NCBI RefSeq assembly: GCF_001598695.1
Contig: NZ_BCZK01000021.1
Span: forward strand, 1 to 32,000
Length of the DNA: 32,000 bases
Reading direction: 5' to 3'
Source of the DNA: Klebsiella oxytoca NBRC 105695
GTDB lineage: Bacteria; Pseudomonadota; Gammaproteobacteria; Enterobacterales; Enterobacteriaceae
In this document: one piece after another, positions 8,940 to 16,784 of the stretch
How the letters are laid out: the number at the start of each line of letters is the position of its first letter
Position numbering within the stretch: position 1 is the first letter of the stretch
The notes under the pieces: model-generated
The model's input: only the letters and a program-made list of their open reading frames with translations
Databases searched by the model: none
What the model was told of the DNA's origin: nothing
Position numbers and translations under genes: made by a program

Positions 8940-9173
8940 CTATTTTTGAATCAAATAGCGGATGGTTGGCCCATCTTGCTGAATATCGAGCACGGTATAG
9001 CCGTGATTTTTGGCATCCAGCGGGATATTGTTAATCGACTGCGGGCAGTCGCTGACCACTTCAAGAATTTCGCCTTTCTTCAGCGAGGGCATCGCTTCAA
9101 GCGTGGCGATGGCAGGATAGGGGCAGGGTTCGCCAACCATATCCAGGCGATAGTCCGGGACCAGAGTTTTCAT
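8940..9173 (-). CDS. yedF: YedF, TusA/SirA-like sulfur (selenium?) carrier protein (77 aa)
   Basis: MKTLVPDYRLDMVGEPCPYPAIATLEAM... carries the CPxP active-site motif and is near-identical to E. coli YedF as I recall it. The start overlaps the yedE stop (ATGA at 9170-9173). Confidence 0.9.
   Translation of the reverse strand: MKTLVPDYRLDMVGEPCPYPAIATLEAMPSLKKGEILEVVSDCPQSINNIPLDAKNHGYTVLDIQQDGPTIRYLIQK
9121..9128 (+). other. KOPS motif (GGGNAGGG)
   Basis: GGGCAGGG on the plus strand. Confidence 0.5.
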
Positions 9174-10381
9174 GCGCTTTCCTTAACCGTTGAGGTGGCG
9201 AGAGATTTGCGGTGGAAAAAGCGTTTTTCCCAGCCAATAACCAAACCCAGCGCGATCAGCAGCAGGAGATAGGTCACCAGCAGGCCGCCGAAAGGCCCGA
9301 ATGTCGCCAGCAGGTTGATTTTATCCCAGCTTGTGGCCAGCGCCGGGGAGAGTCCGTCCCAGTAGTATGCCAGGATCGTTGAACCTATCACGTTGCCCAG
9401 CCCAACCCACCAGAAGTGCACCTGGCCTTCCACCGCGCGGTACATCCAGCCGGTTTCGCAGCCGCCCGCCAGGACGATTCCAAAGCCGAACAGCAGACCG
9501 CCGATGACCGCGTTGGGGCCGGCCCACATAATTTTTGGTTCCATGCCAAGCTGCACGTAGCTGAAGATCCCGATGGCGCTGGCCGCCATACCGAAAATGA
9601 TCGCCTTCGCCATATTGGTGCGTCCGGTGATCCACATATCGCGAAAGGCAGAGGTAAAGCAGATCTGCGCGCGTTCGATAAGCAGGCCAAACCCGACGCC
9701 AAACAGCAGCGCCAGGCCGAGCTTCGGCTGGTTAGCTGCGGTGAGCAGACCCCAGGCGATCATGGCAAAAAAGACCACCATCCCGAGACGGAACCGGCGT
9801 CGCGCCTGGTCAGGTTTTTGCGTCAGCGGCGACGCCTGCGACACTTTTTGCATCTTAACCGGAATACGGAAGATGGGCAGCAAGGTAAAACGCGCGCCGA
9901 ACCAGGTGCCGATAGCCGTCGCGATGGCAAAGAACCAGGCGTGCAGAGAAAACTGCGGGATACCGGTGAAGAAGGCGGCCAGGTTACAGCCCATCGCCAG
10001 ACGGGCGCCGAAGCCGGCAATGATGCCTCCGGCGACGGCCTGCAGAATACGCACCCGGCTGCGAGGAAAACGCAGCTTCACGTTATTCGCCCACAGCGCA
10101 GCGGCGAAACAGCCGCCGAACATGCCGATGATCATCATGCCGTCGATGCGAGTGAGCGGGGTGCCCTCAAGATGAATGAGTTTGTAGTACCCCCACTCTT
10201 CGCTGTGCACGCCGATAAGTTGCAGCAATTGTCCGCCCCAGCGGGTAAATTCGCCGGTGACGGCCCAAAAAGTGCCGGTAATGCCGAAGTAGTAGGTTGA
10301 GAGAATCCCCGCGGCGATAACGGCGGGAACGGGTGACCAGAATTTAATCAGCCACGTCTGTTTGAATTGTTGCCATGTCAT
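9170..10381 (-). CDS. yedE: YedE, YedE/YeeE-family membrane transporter-like protein (403 aa)
   Basis: Polytopic membrane protein with conserved Cys motifs GMFGGCFAA, LAMGCNLAAF, ERAQICFTSAF and LAGGCETGW. It is collinear with E. coli YedE. AGAGG lies 7 nt upstream of the ATG. Confidence 0.9.
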   Translation of the reverse strand: MTWQQFKQTWLIKFWSPVPAVIAAGILSTYYFGITGTFWAVTGEFTRWGGQLLQLIGVHSEEWGYYKLIHLEGTPLTRIDGMMIIGMFGGCFAAALWANNVKLRFPRSRVRILQAVAGGIIAGFGARLAMGCNLAAFFTGIPQFSLHAWFFAIATAIGTWFGARFTLLPIFRIPVKMQKVSQASPLTQKPDQARRRFRLGMVVFFAMIAWGLLTAANQPKLGLALLFGVGFGLLIERAQICFTSAFRDMWITGRTNMAKAIIFGMAASAIGIFSYVQLGMEPKIMWAGPNAVIGGLLFGFGIVLAGGCETGWMYRAVEGQVHFWWVGLGNVIGSTILAYYWDGLSPALATSWDKINLLATFGPFGGLLVTYLLLLIALGLVIGWEKRFFHRKSLATSTVKESA

Positions 10382-10489
10382 GAAGATGCCTCTGAACTCA
10401 GAAGGTATATTACCCGTAACGGGTTGAAGAGGGGCGATACTACGCTGTTTAGTTCCTGAAAACGCTCGACAGGATCAAATTGACCGATA

Positions 10490-10521
10490 AAGAGAATATA
10501 AAAGGCCACGCGCTGGTGGCC
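10490..10521 (-). terminator. Rho-independent terminator after ydfZ
   Basis: Minus strand: GGCCAC-cagcgc-GTGGCC followed by TTTTATATTCTCTTT. The loop and 3' arm also contain a plus-strand Chi octamer. Confidence 0.7.
10512..10519 (+). other. Chi site (GCTGGTGG)
   Basis: Exact octamer on the plus strand, inside the ydfZ terminator hairpin. Confidence 0.6.
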
Positions 10522-10569
10522 TTTCACGACCGCTTATTCGCGGCCTGCTGTTAATGACGGTACGCGAAT

Positions 10570-10773
10570 TCAGTTAAAGCCCAGACGAATCAGGTTCAGC
10601 GGGCTAAATAACCCTTCGTGTCCGTCTATTTCCACGCAATCAGCACGACGGATCTGCTCCGCCGTTTTACCTTCAGCGTGGATGGCCTTAATGACGCCCG
10701 TCGCGCCGCTATCGGCTACCATAACCATGCTGCCGGTAGAGATAGCATTACGGTTACGATCGTAAGTTTTCAT
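10570..10773 (-). CDS. ydfZ: YdfZ-family small protein (putative selenium-binding protein, 67 aa)
   Basis: The track ORF is over-extended. The ATG at 10773 is preceded by AGGAGG and gives [19 protein letters not shown]...TAEQIRR...[10 protein letters not shown], the same length and pattern as E. coli YdfZ. Confidence 0.85.
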   Translation of the reverse strand: MKTYDRNRNAISTGSMVMVADSGATGVIKAIHAEGKTAEQIRRADCVEIDGHEGLFSPLNLIRLGFN

Positions 10774-10849
10774 AATTTCGTCCTCCTGATTAATACTTTG
10801 ACGGGAATGAAAAGCGGCAATTAAATACACCTTTGCGGCGCGAATTTTT

Positions 10850-10863
10850 TTGCGTCTCGTCAA
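10850..10863 (-). promoter_or_regulatory. Candidate FNR-type site upstream of ydfZ
   Basis: Minus strand TTGAC-gaga-CGCAA matches TTGAT-N4-ATCAA at 7/10 positions. A -10-like TATTTA (rc of 10822-10827) puts the site centre about 41-42 nt upstream of the implied TSS, the class II FNR geometry. E. coli ydfZ is FNR-activated, from memory. Confidence 0.3.
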
Positions 10864-11055
10864 AATTTGGTCTCATTATGCCCGGAGACTCTTAGGTCGG
10901 GGGCAGGCAGGGGAGCGGGATTGAGACGGTTAATAAGCCAGAGGTTATTTTTTCCGCGGTCAGGTGAATCTCATCGGCGTGGCACAGAGAGAACTATGAT
11001 TTTATTCGCGCTTAATGTTTGTACCGCGCAAAGCGCCGGTGAAATAAACGCCAGC

Positions 11056-11076
11056 GGTAGCGGGGAGCCCGCTACC
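11056..11076 (-). terminator. Hairpin downstream of malY (candidate terminator)
   Basis: GGTAGCGGG-gag-CCCGCTACC, a 9-bp stem. On the minus strand a T-rich stretch (cgtttatttc) begins 5-6 nt after the stem. Confidence 0.5.
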
Positions 11077-11097
11077 TGATTATTGAAGGGAAAATAA

Positions 11098-12270
11098 TTA
11101 GCGCAGCGAACGCAGGGCGGCGATTAATCCCTGCACGCCTTTTTCCAGCTTCTCGCGTGGGCAACCGGCGTTGAGACGGACAAAGCCCTTACCCTCTTCG
11201 CCGTAAGTGTAGCCGGGCATAATGGCGACCTTCTGCTCCTCGATAAGTGCTTTTTGCAGAGCGCGATCGTCAACGGCCAGCGGGCGCAGGTCAATCCACG
11301 CCAGGTAAGTCGCCTGCGGTGGCTGCCAGCCTAGCTCCGGAAACGCCTGATTCAGTTCGCCAGCGATGAAGCGCATATTTTCCTGCAAATAACCGCGCAG
11401 GGCATCCAGCCAGGGCGCTCCCTCGCGATAGGCGGCAATATGGGCGACCAGCGCCGGCACGGAAGGTGATGAGAGGCCATCGCGGCTCTTCAGCGCGTGC
11501 AGATAGCTTTCGCGCACGGCGGGATCGTCAATCAACCCGTATGCGCCGGTGAATGCCGGAATGTTGAAGCTTTTCGAGCCGGAGGTGAAGAGCGCCCAGG
11601 GGCTGCGGGCCACGTCGCACCACGGGATGTGCTGCTGCCCGTCCCAGACCATGTCCATATGGATCTCGTCGCTAATCACTTTTACCCCATGCTTCTCACA
11701 CAGCTGCGCCATGGTTTCCAGCTCTTCACGGGTCCAGACCTTGCCGGTGGGGTTGTGCGGGCTGCACAGCAGCAGAACGGTATTACGCGGCTGAGCCAGT
11801 ACCCGCTCCAGGGCCGCCATATCGCAGCGCCAGTGATGGTTGTCGAGAGAGAGCGGCACGGCCGCGACGCGCCGCTGGTTGCCTTCAATGGTTTTATAAA
11901 AGGCATCGTAGGCCGGAGTGTGTACCACGATGCCGTCGCCCACTGCCGACCACTGACGAATCATCTCCGCGACCATATAGATCACCGATGGCCCGTAAAC
12001 AATCGCTTCGCGGTTGATTGGGCTATGAAAACGGCTGGCGAACCAGTGGCTCACCGCGCCGAGGAATTCATCATTTTTCCACCGGCTGTAGCCAAAAACA
12101 CCGTGCCCCAGACGTTTGCTGACGGCATCAAGAATACAGGGGGCGGTGGCGAAATCCATGTCGGAGATCGTAAAGGGCAGCAGGTCGGCTACGCCAAAAC
12201 GGTCGGCGACGTAATCCCACTGCGTGCACCAGGTACCGTGACGGTCGATCTGCTTTGAAAAATCAAACAT
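11098..12270 (-). CDS. malY: MalY, PLP-dependent cystathionine beta-lyase / MalT-antagonist (390 aa)
   Basis: The track ORF is over-extended by 11 codons. The ATG at 12270 gives MFDFSKQIDRHGTWCTQWDYVADRFG..., with the PLP-lysine region TSGSKSFNIPA. It is collinear with E. coli MalY. Confidence 0.94.
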   Translation of the reverse strand: MFDFSKQIDRHGTWCTQWDYVADRFGVADLLPFTISDMDFATAPCILDAVSKRLGHGVFGYSRWKNDEFLGAVSHWFASRFHSPINREAIVYGPSVIYMVAEMIRQWSAVGDGIVVHTPAYDAFYKTIEGNQRRVAAVPLSLDNHHWRCDMAALERVLAQPRNTVLLLCSPHNPTGKVWTREELETMAQLCEKHGVKVISDEIHMDMVWDGQQHIPWCDVARSPWALFTSGSKSFNIPAFTGAYGLIDDPAVRESYLHALKSRDGLSSPSVPALVAHIAAYREGAPWLDALRGYLQENMRFIAGELNQAFPELGWQPPQATYLAWIDLRPLAVDDRALQKALIEEQKVAIMPGYTYGEEGKGFVRLNAGCPREKLEKGVQGLIAALRSLR

Positions 12271-12317
12271 CGCAACTTCCTTCATCCTGGCCCCCTGCCG
12301 CAAGGCGGGGGCGGAGC

Positions 12318-13910
12318 TTATGCCTCGACGGTATTCATCAGGACAGCCATTTCATCTTTTACCGACTGCACCTGCGGGCCAATCACTACCTGCAGGTTAT
12401 GCTGGTTGAGCTGAACCACGCCGATGGCGCGATTCGCTTTCAGCGCGGCGCTGTCGACTTTGCTCATATCGTTAACCGACAGACGCAGGCGGGTAATGCA
12501 GTTATCGAGCGAAACGATATTTTCCGCGCCGCCGAGCGCGGCCAGAATCGCCGGAACGTTATACCCTGATTTGCCGGTCACGCCGGTGACAGCCTTCTCA
12601 AATGCGCTCGTTGTTTCAATATCGCGTCCCGGCGTTTTCAGGTTAAAGCGGGAGATCGCGAAACGGAAGATACCGTAGTAAACCGCAAACCAGATGGCCG
12701 CAACCACCGGTACCATGTACCACCTGGTGGACAGACCGTGCAGAATGCCGAATACCACAAAGTCGATAACGTTGCCGTCGGTGTTGCCGATTGTCACGCC
12801 GAGGATCGCCATTACGGTAAAGCCCAGGCCGGTCAGTAACGCATGGATAACGTAGAGAACCGGCGCGACGAACAGGAACAGGAATTCCAGCGGTTCGGTG
12901 GTGCCGCCTACCACGCAGGCGATAACGCCGGAAATCAGCAGGCCTTTAATCTTATGGCGATTTTCCGGACGCGCGCAGTGATACATCGCCAGCGCTGCGC
13001 CCGGCAGGCCGCCGAGGAATGCCGGCATTTTACCCTGTGACAGGAAGCGGGTCGCGCTCTCGGCGAAGCCGTGGCTGGTCGGGCAGCTTAGCTGGGCCTG
13101 GAAAATCGTCAGCGCGCCGCTGACGCTATGCCCGCAAACGTCCAGGGTACCGCCCGCTTCGGTAAAGCGGATCAGCGCCACCAGAATATGGTGCAGGCCA
13201 AAAGGCAGCAGCAGGCGTTCACCGGTACCGAAGATCATCGGTCCGAAATCACCTGCGCTATTGATGACCTGACCGAGTGCGTTAATCCCCATGGCGAAAA
13301 CGGGCCATATTATCGGGATCACCAGACCGACCAGGCCGAGAACCACGGTCGTAATAATGGGCACAAAGCGGGTACCGCCAAAAAAGGCCAGCGCGTCGGG
13401 CAGGCGGATGTTATGGAAACGTTCGTGCAGCATCCAGACGATGATCCCGGCGATCACCGCGCCGAGGATCCCGGTGTCGATCGATTGAATACCGATAATG
13501 TTCTGGATGTTATTGGCTTTGAGGATGGCGGCATCGGTGGTCGGCAGAATACCTTTGGCCGTCAGCCAGAAGTTTACCGCCAGGTTCATTACCGCGTAGC
13601 CGACAAAACCGGCAAACGCGGCGACGCCTTTGTTTTCTCGCGCCAGACCCAGTGGAATGGCGATACAAAACATCACCGGCAGAAAGCTGAAGGCAAAGGA
13701 GCCGACTTTGCCCATCCAGACGAAAACGGTCTGCAGCAGCGGCACGTCCAGCCACGGCAGAAGCGTCAGGACATCATGGCTGCTCAGAGAGCTGCCGATC
13801 CCCAGCATGATCCCGCAAAAGGAGAGTAATGCTACGGGTAACATGAAGGTTTTCCCGAGCTGCTGGAAAAACTCCCACAAGGTAATTTTGTTTGCTGTTT
13901 TCGCCGTCAT
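12318..13910 (-). CDS. malX: MalX, PTS EIICB component of the glucose/maltose family (530 aa)
   Basis: The ATG at 13910 gives MTAKTANKITLWEFFQQLGKTFMLPVALL.... The EIIB active-site region NCITRLRLSV lies near the C-terminus. It is collinear with E. coli MalX. Confidence 0.94.
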   Translation of the reverse strand: MTAKTANKITLWEFFQQLGKTFMLPVALLSFCGIMLGIGSSLSSHDVLTLLPWLDVPLLQTVFVWMGKVGSFAFSFLPVMFCIAIPLGLARENKGVAAFAGFVGYAVMNLAVNFWLTAKGILPTTDAAILKANNIQNIIGIQSIDTGILGAVIAGIIVWMLHERFHNIRLPDALAFFGGTRFVPIITTVVLGLVGLVIPIIWPVFAMGINALGQVINSAGDFGPMIFGTGERLLLPFGLHHILVALIRFTEAGGTLDVCGHSVSGALTIFQAQLSCPTSHGFAESATRFLSQGKMPAFLGGLPGAALAMYHCARPENRHKIKGLLISGVIACVVGGTTEPLEFLFLFVAPVLYVIHALLTGLGFTVMAILGVTIGNTDGNVIDFVVFGILHGLSTRWYMVPVVAAIWFAVYYGIFRFAISRFNLKTPGRDIETTSAFEKAVTGVTGKSGYNVPAILAALGGAENIVSLDNCITRLRLSVNDMSKVDSAALKANRAIGVVQLNQHNLQVVIGPQVQSVKDEMAVLMNTVEA

Positions 13911-13961
13911 AACATGAATCCTGGTTCTAAAAGTTATCGGTAGGATGCAACGCCACGAAAA

Positions 13962-13977
13962 GATAAAACGTTTTACC
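13962..13977. promoter_or_regulatory. LacI/GalR-type operator, near-palindromic (probable MalI site, malX-proximal)
   Basis: GATAAAACGTTTTACC matches the perfect palindrome at 14041-14056 at 15/16 positions and has the central CG typical of LacI-family operators. Confidence 0.7.
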
Positions 13978-13986
13978 AAACTTTAG

Positions 13987-14002
13987 TGCGATAAAAATCA
14001 CA
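13987..14002. promoter_or_regulatory. CRP-binding site shared by the divergent malX and malI promoters
   Basis: TGCGA-taaaaa-TCACA matches TGTGA-N6-TCACA at 9/10 positions. It is centred in the 174-bp malX-malI intergenic region, the arrangement described for E. coli. Confidence 0.65.
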
Positions 14003-14040
14003 TATTCCAGCGATAATAAAGTTTATAAAGAGGGCATCCT

Positions 14041-14056
14041 GATAAAACGTTTTATC
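14041..14056. promoter_or_regulatory. LacI/GalR-type operator, perfect 16-bp palindrome (probable MalI autoregulatory site)
   Basis: GATAAAACGTTTTATC is perfectly self-complementary and lies 29 nt upstream of the malI ATG. Confidence 0.75.
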
Positions 14057-14084
14057 GACAGCCAAAGGGAGTCGGCCTGCAGTT

Positions 14085-15113
14085 ATGGCTATCGTGAAAA
14101 AAATTACCATTAATGATGTCGCGCAGGCGGCGGGGGTATCCGTCAGTACCGTCTCGCTGGTACTGAGCGGCAAGGGGCGTATTTCGTCGGCAACCGGCGA
14201 GCGCGTCAATCACGCCATTGAACAGCTGGGCTTTGTGCGTAACCGCCAGGCGGCGTCCCTGCGCGGCGGCCAGAGCGGGGTGATTGGCCTGATCGTCAGC
14301 GACTTGTCGAAGCCTTTCTACGCGGAGATGACCGCCGGATTGACCGATGCGCTTGAGTCGCAGGGCAGAATGGTCTTCCTCACCCAGGGCGGGCACAGCG
14401 GAGAAAAAATGCTCCAGCGTTTTGATACCCTGGTTTCACAGGGGGTCGATGGCGTAGTGATTGCCGGCGCCATCGATCGGGGGGGCGAACTGCGCGATCG
14501 CGCGGCGGAAGCCGGAATGCCGCTGGTCTTCGCCTCCCGCGCCAGCTATCTCGACGATGTGGACCTGATCCGCCCGGATAATATGCAGGCGGCGCAAATT
14601 GTCACCGAGCACCTGATCCGCCGCGGTCATCAGCGCATTGCCTGGCTGGGAGGGCAAAGTTCATCCCTGACGCGCGCCGAACGGGTTGGCGGCTACTGCG
14701 CTACCCTGCTGAAATATGGCCTGCCGTTTCATAGCGAGTGGGTGGTGGAGTGCGGCTCAAGCCAGAAGCAGGCGGCGGAGGCGATGACGGCCCTGCTGCG
14801 GCAAAACCCGACCATTAGCGCCGTGCTCTGTTATAACAGCGTGATCGCGACCGGGGCGTGGTTTGGCCTGATGCGCGCCGGGCGACAGAGCGGAGAGGAT
14901 GGCGTTGAAAGCTATTTCGAACAGCGGGTCGCGCTGGCGGCATTTGCGGAATTACCCGAGGAGGCGCTGGATGATCTGCCGCTGACCTGGGTTACGACTC
15001 CCGCCCGGGAGATGGGGCAAAGCCTGGCGGAGTGTATTTTACGGCGTATGGAAGAGGGGCAGGGAGCGGCGCGAAACCAGATCATCTCTCCTCGGCTGAT
15101 TACGCGTAAATAG
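14085..15113 (+). CDS. malI: MalI, LacI-family transcriptional repressor (342 aa)
   Basis: N-terminal HTH ITINDVAQAAGVSVSTVSLVLSGKG plus a periplasmic-binding-protein-like core. It is collinear with E. coli MalI and divergent from malXY. Confidence 0.94.
   Translation: MAIVKKITINDVAQAAGVSVSTVSLVLSGKGRISSATGERVNHAIEQLGFVRNRQAASLRGGQSGVIGLIVSDLSKPFYAEMTAGLTDALESQGRMVFLTQGGHSGEKMLQRFDTLVSQGVDGVVIAGAIDRGGELRDRAAEAGMPLVFASRASYLDDVDLIRPDNMQAAQIVTEHLIRRGHQRIAWLGGQSSSLTRAERVGGYCATLLKYGLPFHSEWVVECGSSQKQAAEAMTALLRQNPTISAVLCYNSVIATGAWFGLMRAGRQSGEDGVESYFEQRVALAAFAELPEEALDDLPLTWVTTPAREMGQSLAECILRRMEEGQGAARNQIISPRLITRK
15057..15064 (+). other. KOPS motif (GGGNAGGG)
   Basis: GGGCAGGG on the plus strand. 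Confidence 0.5.
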
Positions 15114-15130
15114 CCCCTGGTGAGGGGCTA
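15111..15130. terminator. Hairpin shared by the convergent malI and ydgA genes (candidate bidirectional terminator)
   Basis: TAGCCCCT-ggtg-AGGGGCTA, an 8-bp stem that includes the malI TAG stop. Only 25 nt separate the two stop codons. Confidence 0.5.
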
Positions 15131-15138
15131 TATGTCAT

Positions 15139-16686
15139 TTATTGCTGCGGCGCGACTGGCGGTACCACTTCTTGCGGCAGCGTCTCCTGCGGCTCAGCGG
15201 GCGCCGGGACAGGGGGAAGCGCTAAACCGAACATCCCGGCAAACTCATCCAGCGGCATTTTCTGCCCGTTCAGCGTCACCTGGCCGTCAGCATACTGCAG
15301 GCTGGAGGTGATGGCGTTATCTTCCATAGTGGTAATACGGAACATCTGTCCCATCGCCGCCAGGCCTTTCACCTGCTGCTCTGCAAGCTTAGCGGCGTCG
15401 GCGGGCTGATAGCCTTCCAGCCCGGCAATCTGAGTCATAAACGCCGTCGCCATATCGACCGGGATCACCAGCTTGCCGTCGAGAGATTTGACGCTACGAT
15501 CCACTTCCTCGGCCAGCGTCTGCGGCGGAGTGGTAGTCAGCGACGGATCTTTGAGCAGAATCGATAGATTCAGGGTGGTTTCGCCCTTCGCGTTGCGCCA
15601 GCTCAGCGGAGAAATGGTCAGGGACGGGCTGCCTTTCAGCATCATCGGCAGTGAGCTAAAGAAGGTTTGCGTTAGCGCCTGCTGGTACAGCTCAGGATTC
15701 TGCGCCAGCTGAGGGTCCGCCATCAGCGCCTGGGCGTCGGCATTGTACTTCTGGCTGAACTGATGGAAAGCTTCACCATCAATATTGTCCAGCTTCAGGG
15801 TCAGCCTGCCGCTACCGATATCCTGATTTTGCAGCTTCAGGCTGTTGACGGTGTAGTCCAGCTGGCTGTTAATCCCTTTGCCGTCGGCGGTCAGCGAAGA
15901 GTTGCCGTCGATTTTCATCCCTTCAAACAGCGCCAGCTCTTTTCCTTCAACGCCAATCGCCAGTTTTTCCAGCGAGATGGCCTGCTTGCCAATACGCTCG
16001 TTGAAGCTGGCCATTTCGGTGGAACCGTCGGTTTTCAGATTATTAAAGGTGAGCTGTACCTTCTGATTGTATTCGTTGACCGCGTTAATTTGCCCGCTGC
16101 CCGCTTCGCCGCTCAGGCTGAGGGTTTTTCCCTCTCGATCGGCGTTAAGCTGGAACTGACCGCCGCTAAAAGTGACTTTCTCGTCGTCTTTCGCGTAATC
16201 AAGCGGTTTCAGCACGATAGCGGACTGGTTATCGCCGCTGTAGGCGATGCGGGTATCGATAGTAAACGGCGTTTCGCCTTTTGCAATGTCAAACAGCGAC
16301 TTGCTGGCCTCGTTGTTCACTAAGGTGGTTTTGACGGATGCCATCGCCGGGGCGAGGTTAAAGGATTTCAGTGAAGCCAGCGGGAAGGGGCCGTGATCGA
16401 CAACTTCGTCAAACACCAGCGACTGTCCGGCGGCCAGCCAGCGGGGCGCTTTGCCGGCGATGGGTTTCAGGACCAGTTGTAAACGGCTGCTGAACAGGCC
16501 GCGCTGATAGTCCTGATAGGTGAGCTCTACGCCAGCCTGCGGCGCGCTGCTTTGCAGCTGAGCATTCGCCTGCTGCACCATATCGGCAATGCGGCTTTCC
16601 AGCTGCTTCCCTGTGTACCACGCGCCGCCCGTCCAGACGACGCCCAGCGCGATGATAATTCCTGCTGCGACCAGCGATTTTTTCAT
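15139..16686 (-). CDS. ydgA: YdgA, DUF945-family envelope protein (515 aa)
   Basis: Signal-anchor MKKSLVAAGIIIALGVVWTGGAWY. It is collinear with E. coli YdgA along its whole length. Confidence 0.9.
   Translation of the reverse strand: MKKSLVAAGIIIALGVVWTGGAWYTGKQLESRIADMVQQANAQLQSSAPQAGVELTYQDYQRGLFSSRLQLVLKPIAGKAPRWLAAGQSLVFDEVVDHGPFPLASLKSFNLAPAMASVKTTLVNNEASKSLFDIAKGETPFTIDTRIAYSGDNQSAIVLKPLDYAKDDEKVTFSGGQFQLNADREGKTLSLSGEAGSGQINAVNEYNQKVQLTFNNLKTDGSTEMASFNERIGKQAISLEKLAIGVEGKELALFEGMKIDGNSSLTADGKGINSQLDYTVNSLKLQNQDIGSGRLTLKLDNIDGEAFHQFSQKYNADAQALMADPQLAQNPELYQQALTQTFFSSLPMMLKGSPSLTISPLSWRNAKGETTLNLSILLKDPSLTTTPPQTLAEEVDRSVKSLDGKLVIPVDMATAFMTQIAGLEGYQPADAAKLAEQQVKGLAAMGQMFRITTMEDNAITSSLQYADGQVTLNGQKMPLDEFAGMFGLALPPVPAPAEPQETLPQEVVPPVAPQQ
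16382..16389 (+). other. KOPS motif (GGGNAGGG)
   Basis: GGGAAGGG on the plus strand. Confidence 0.5.
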
Positions 16687-16705
16687 AGCATTTGTCCATA
16701 AATGA

Positions 16706-16731
16706 AACCAGGCGGATTGGGCCGCCTGGTT
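16706..16731 (-). terminator. Hairpin between manA and ydgA (candidate terminator)
   Basis: AACCAGGCGG-attggg-CCGCCTGGTT, a 10-bp stem. On the minus strand it is followed by tcatttatgg. Confidence 0.55.
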
Positions 16732-16784
16732 GTGTTGTCATGATGAGTGAAAGTCTAGCAACTGTGGCTAAAAAGTTCAGTAAC

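Noticed and set aside
9416-10300. 294-aa plus-strand ORF (and 200-aa ORF 9573-10175) inside yedE
   Set aside because: It is antisense to a conserved membrane-protein gene. Its composition is extremely R/A/G/D/H-rich with no motif. Long antisense ORFs are expected when the third codon position of the real gene is GC-rich.
10867-11079. 70-aa plus-strand ORF and a G-rich run (GGGGGCAGGCAGGGGAGCGGG, about 10892-10912) between ydfZ and malY
   Set aside because: The ORF is low-complexity and lacks an SD. The G-run has only three G3+ tracts, so it does not meet the four-tract quadruplex pattern.
11497-13829. Long plus-strand ORFs antisense to malY (253 aa) and malX (233 aa)
   Set aside because: The reasoning is the same as for the other antisense ORFs: the opposite strand encodes full-length conserved MalY and MalX, and these ORFs lack an SD and any recognisable domain.
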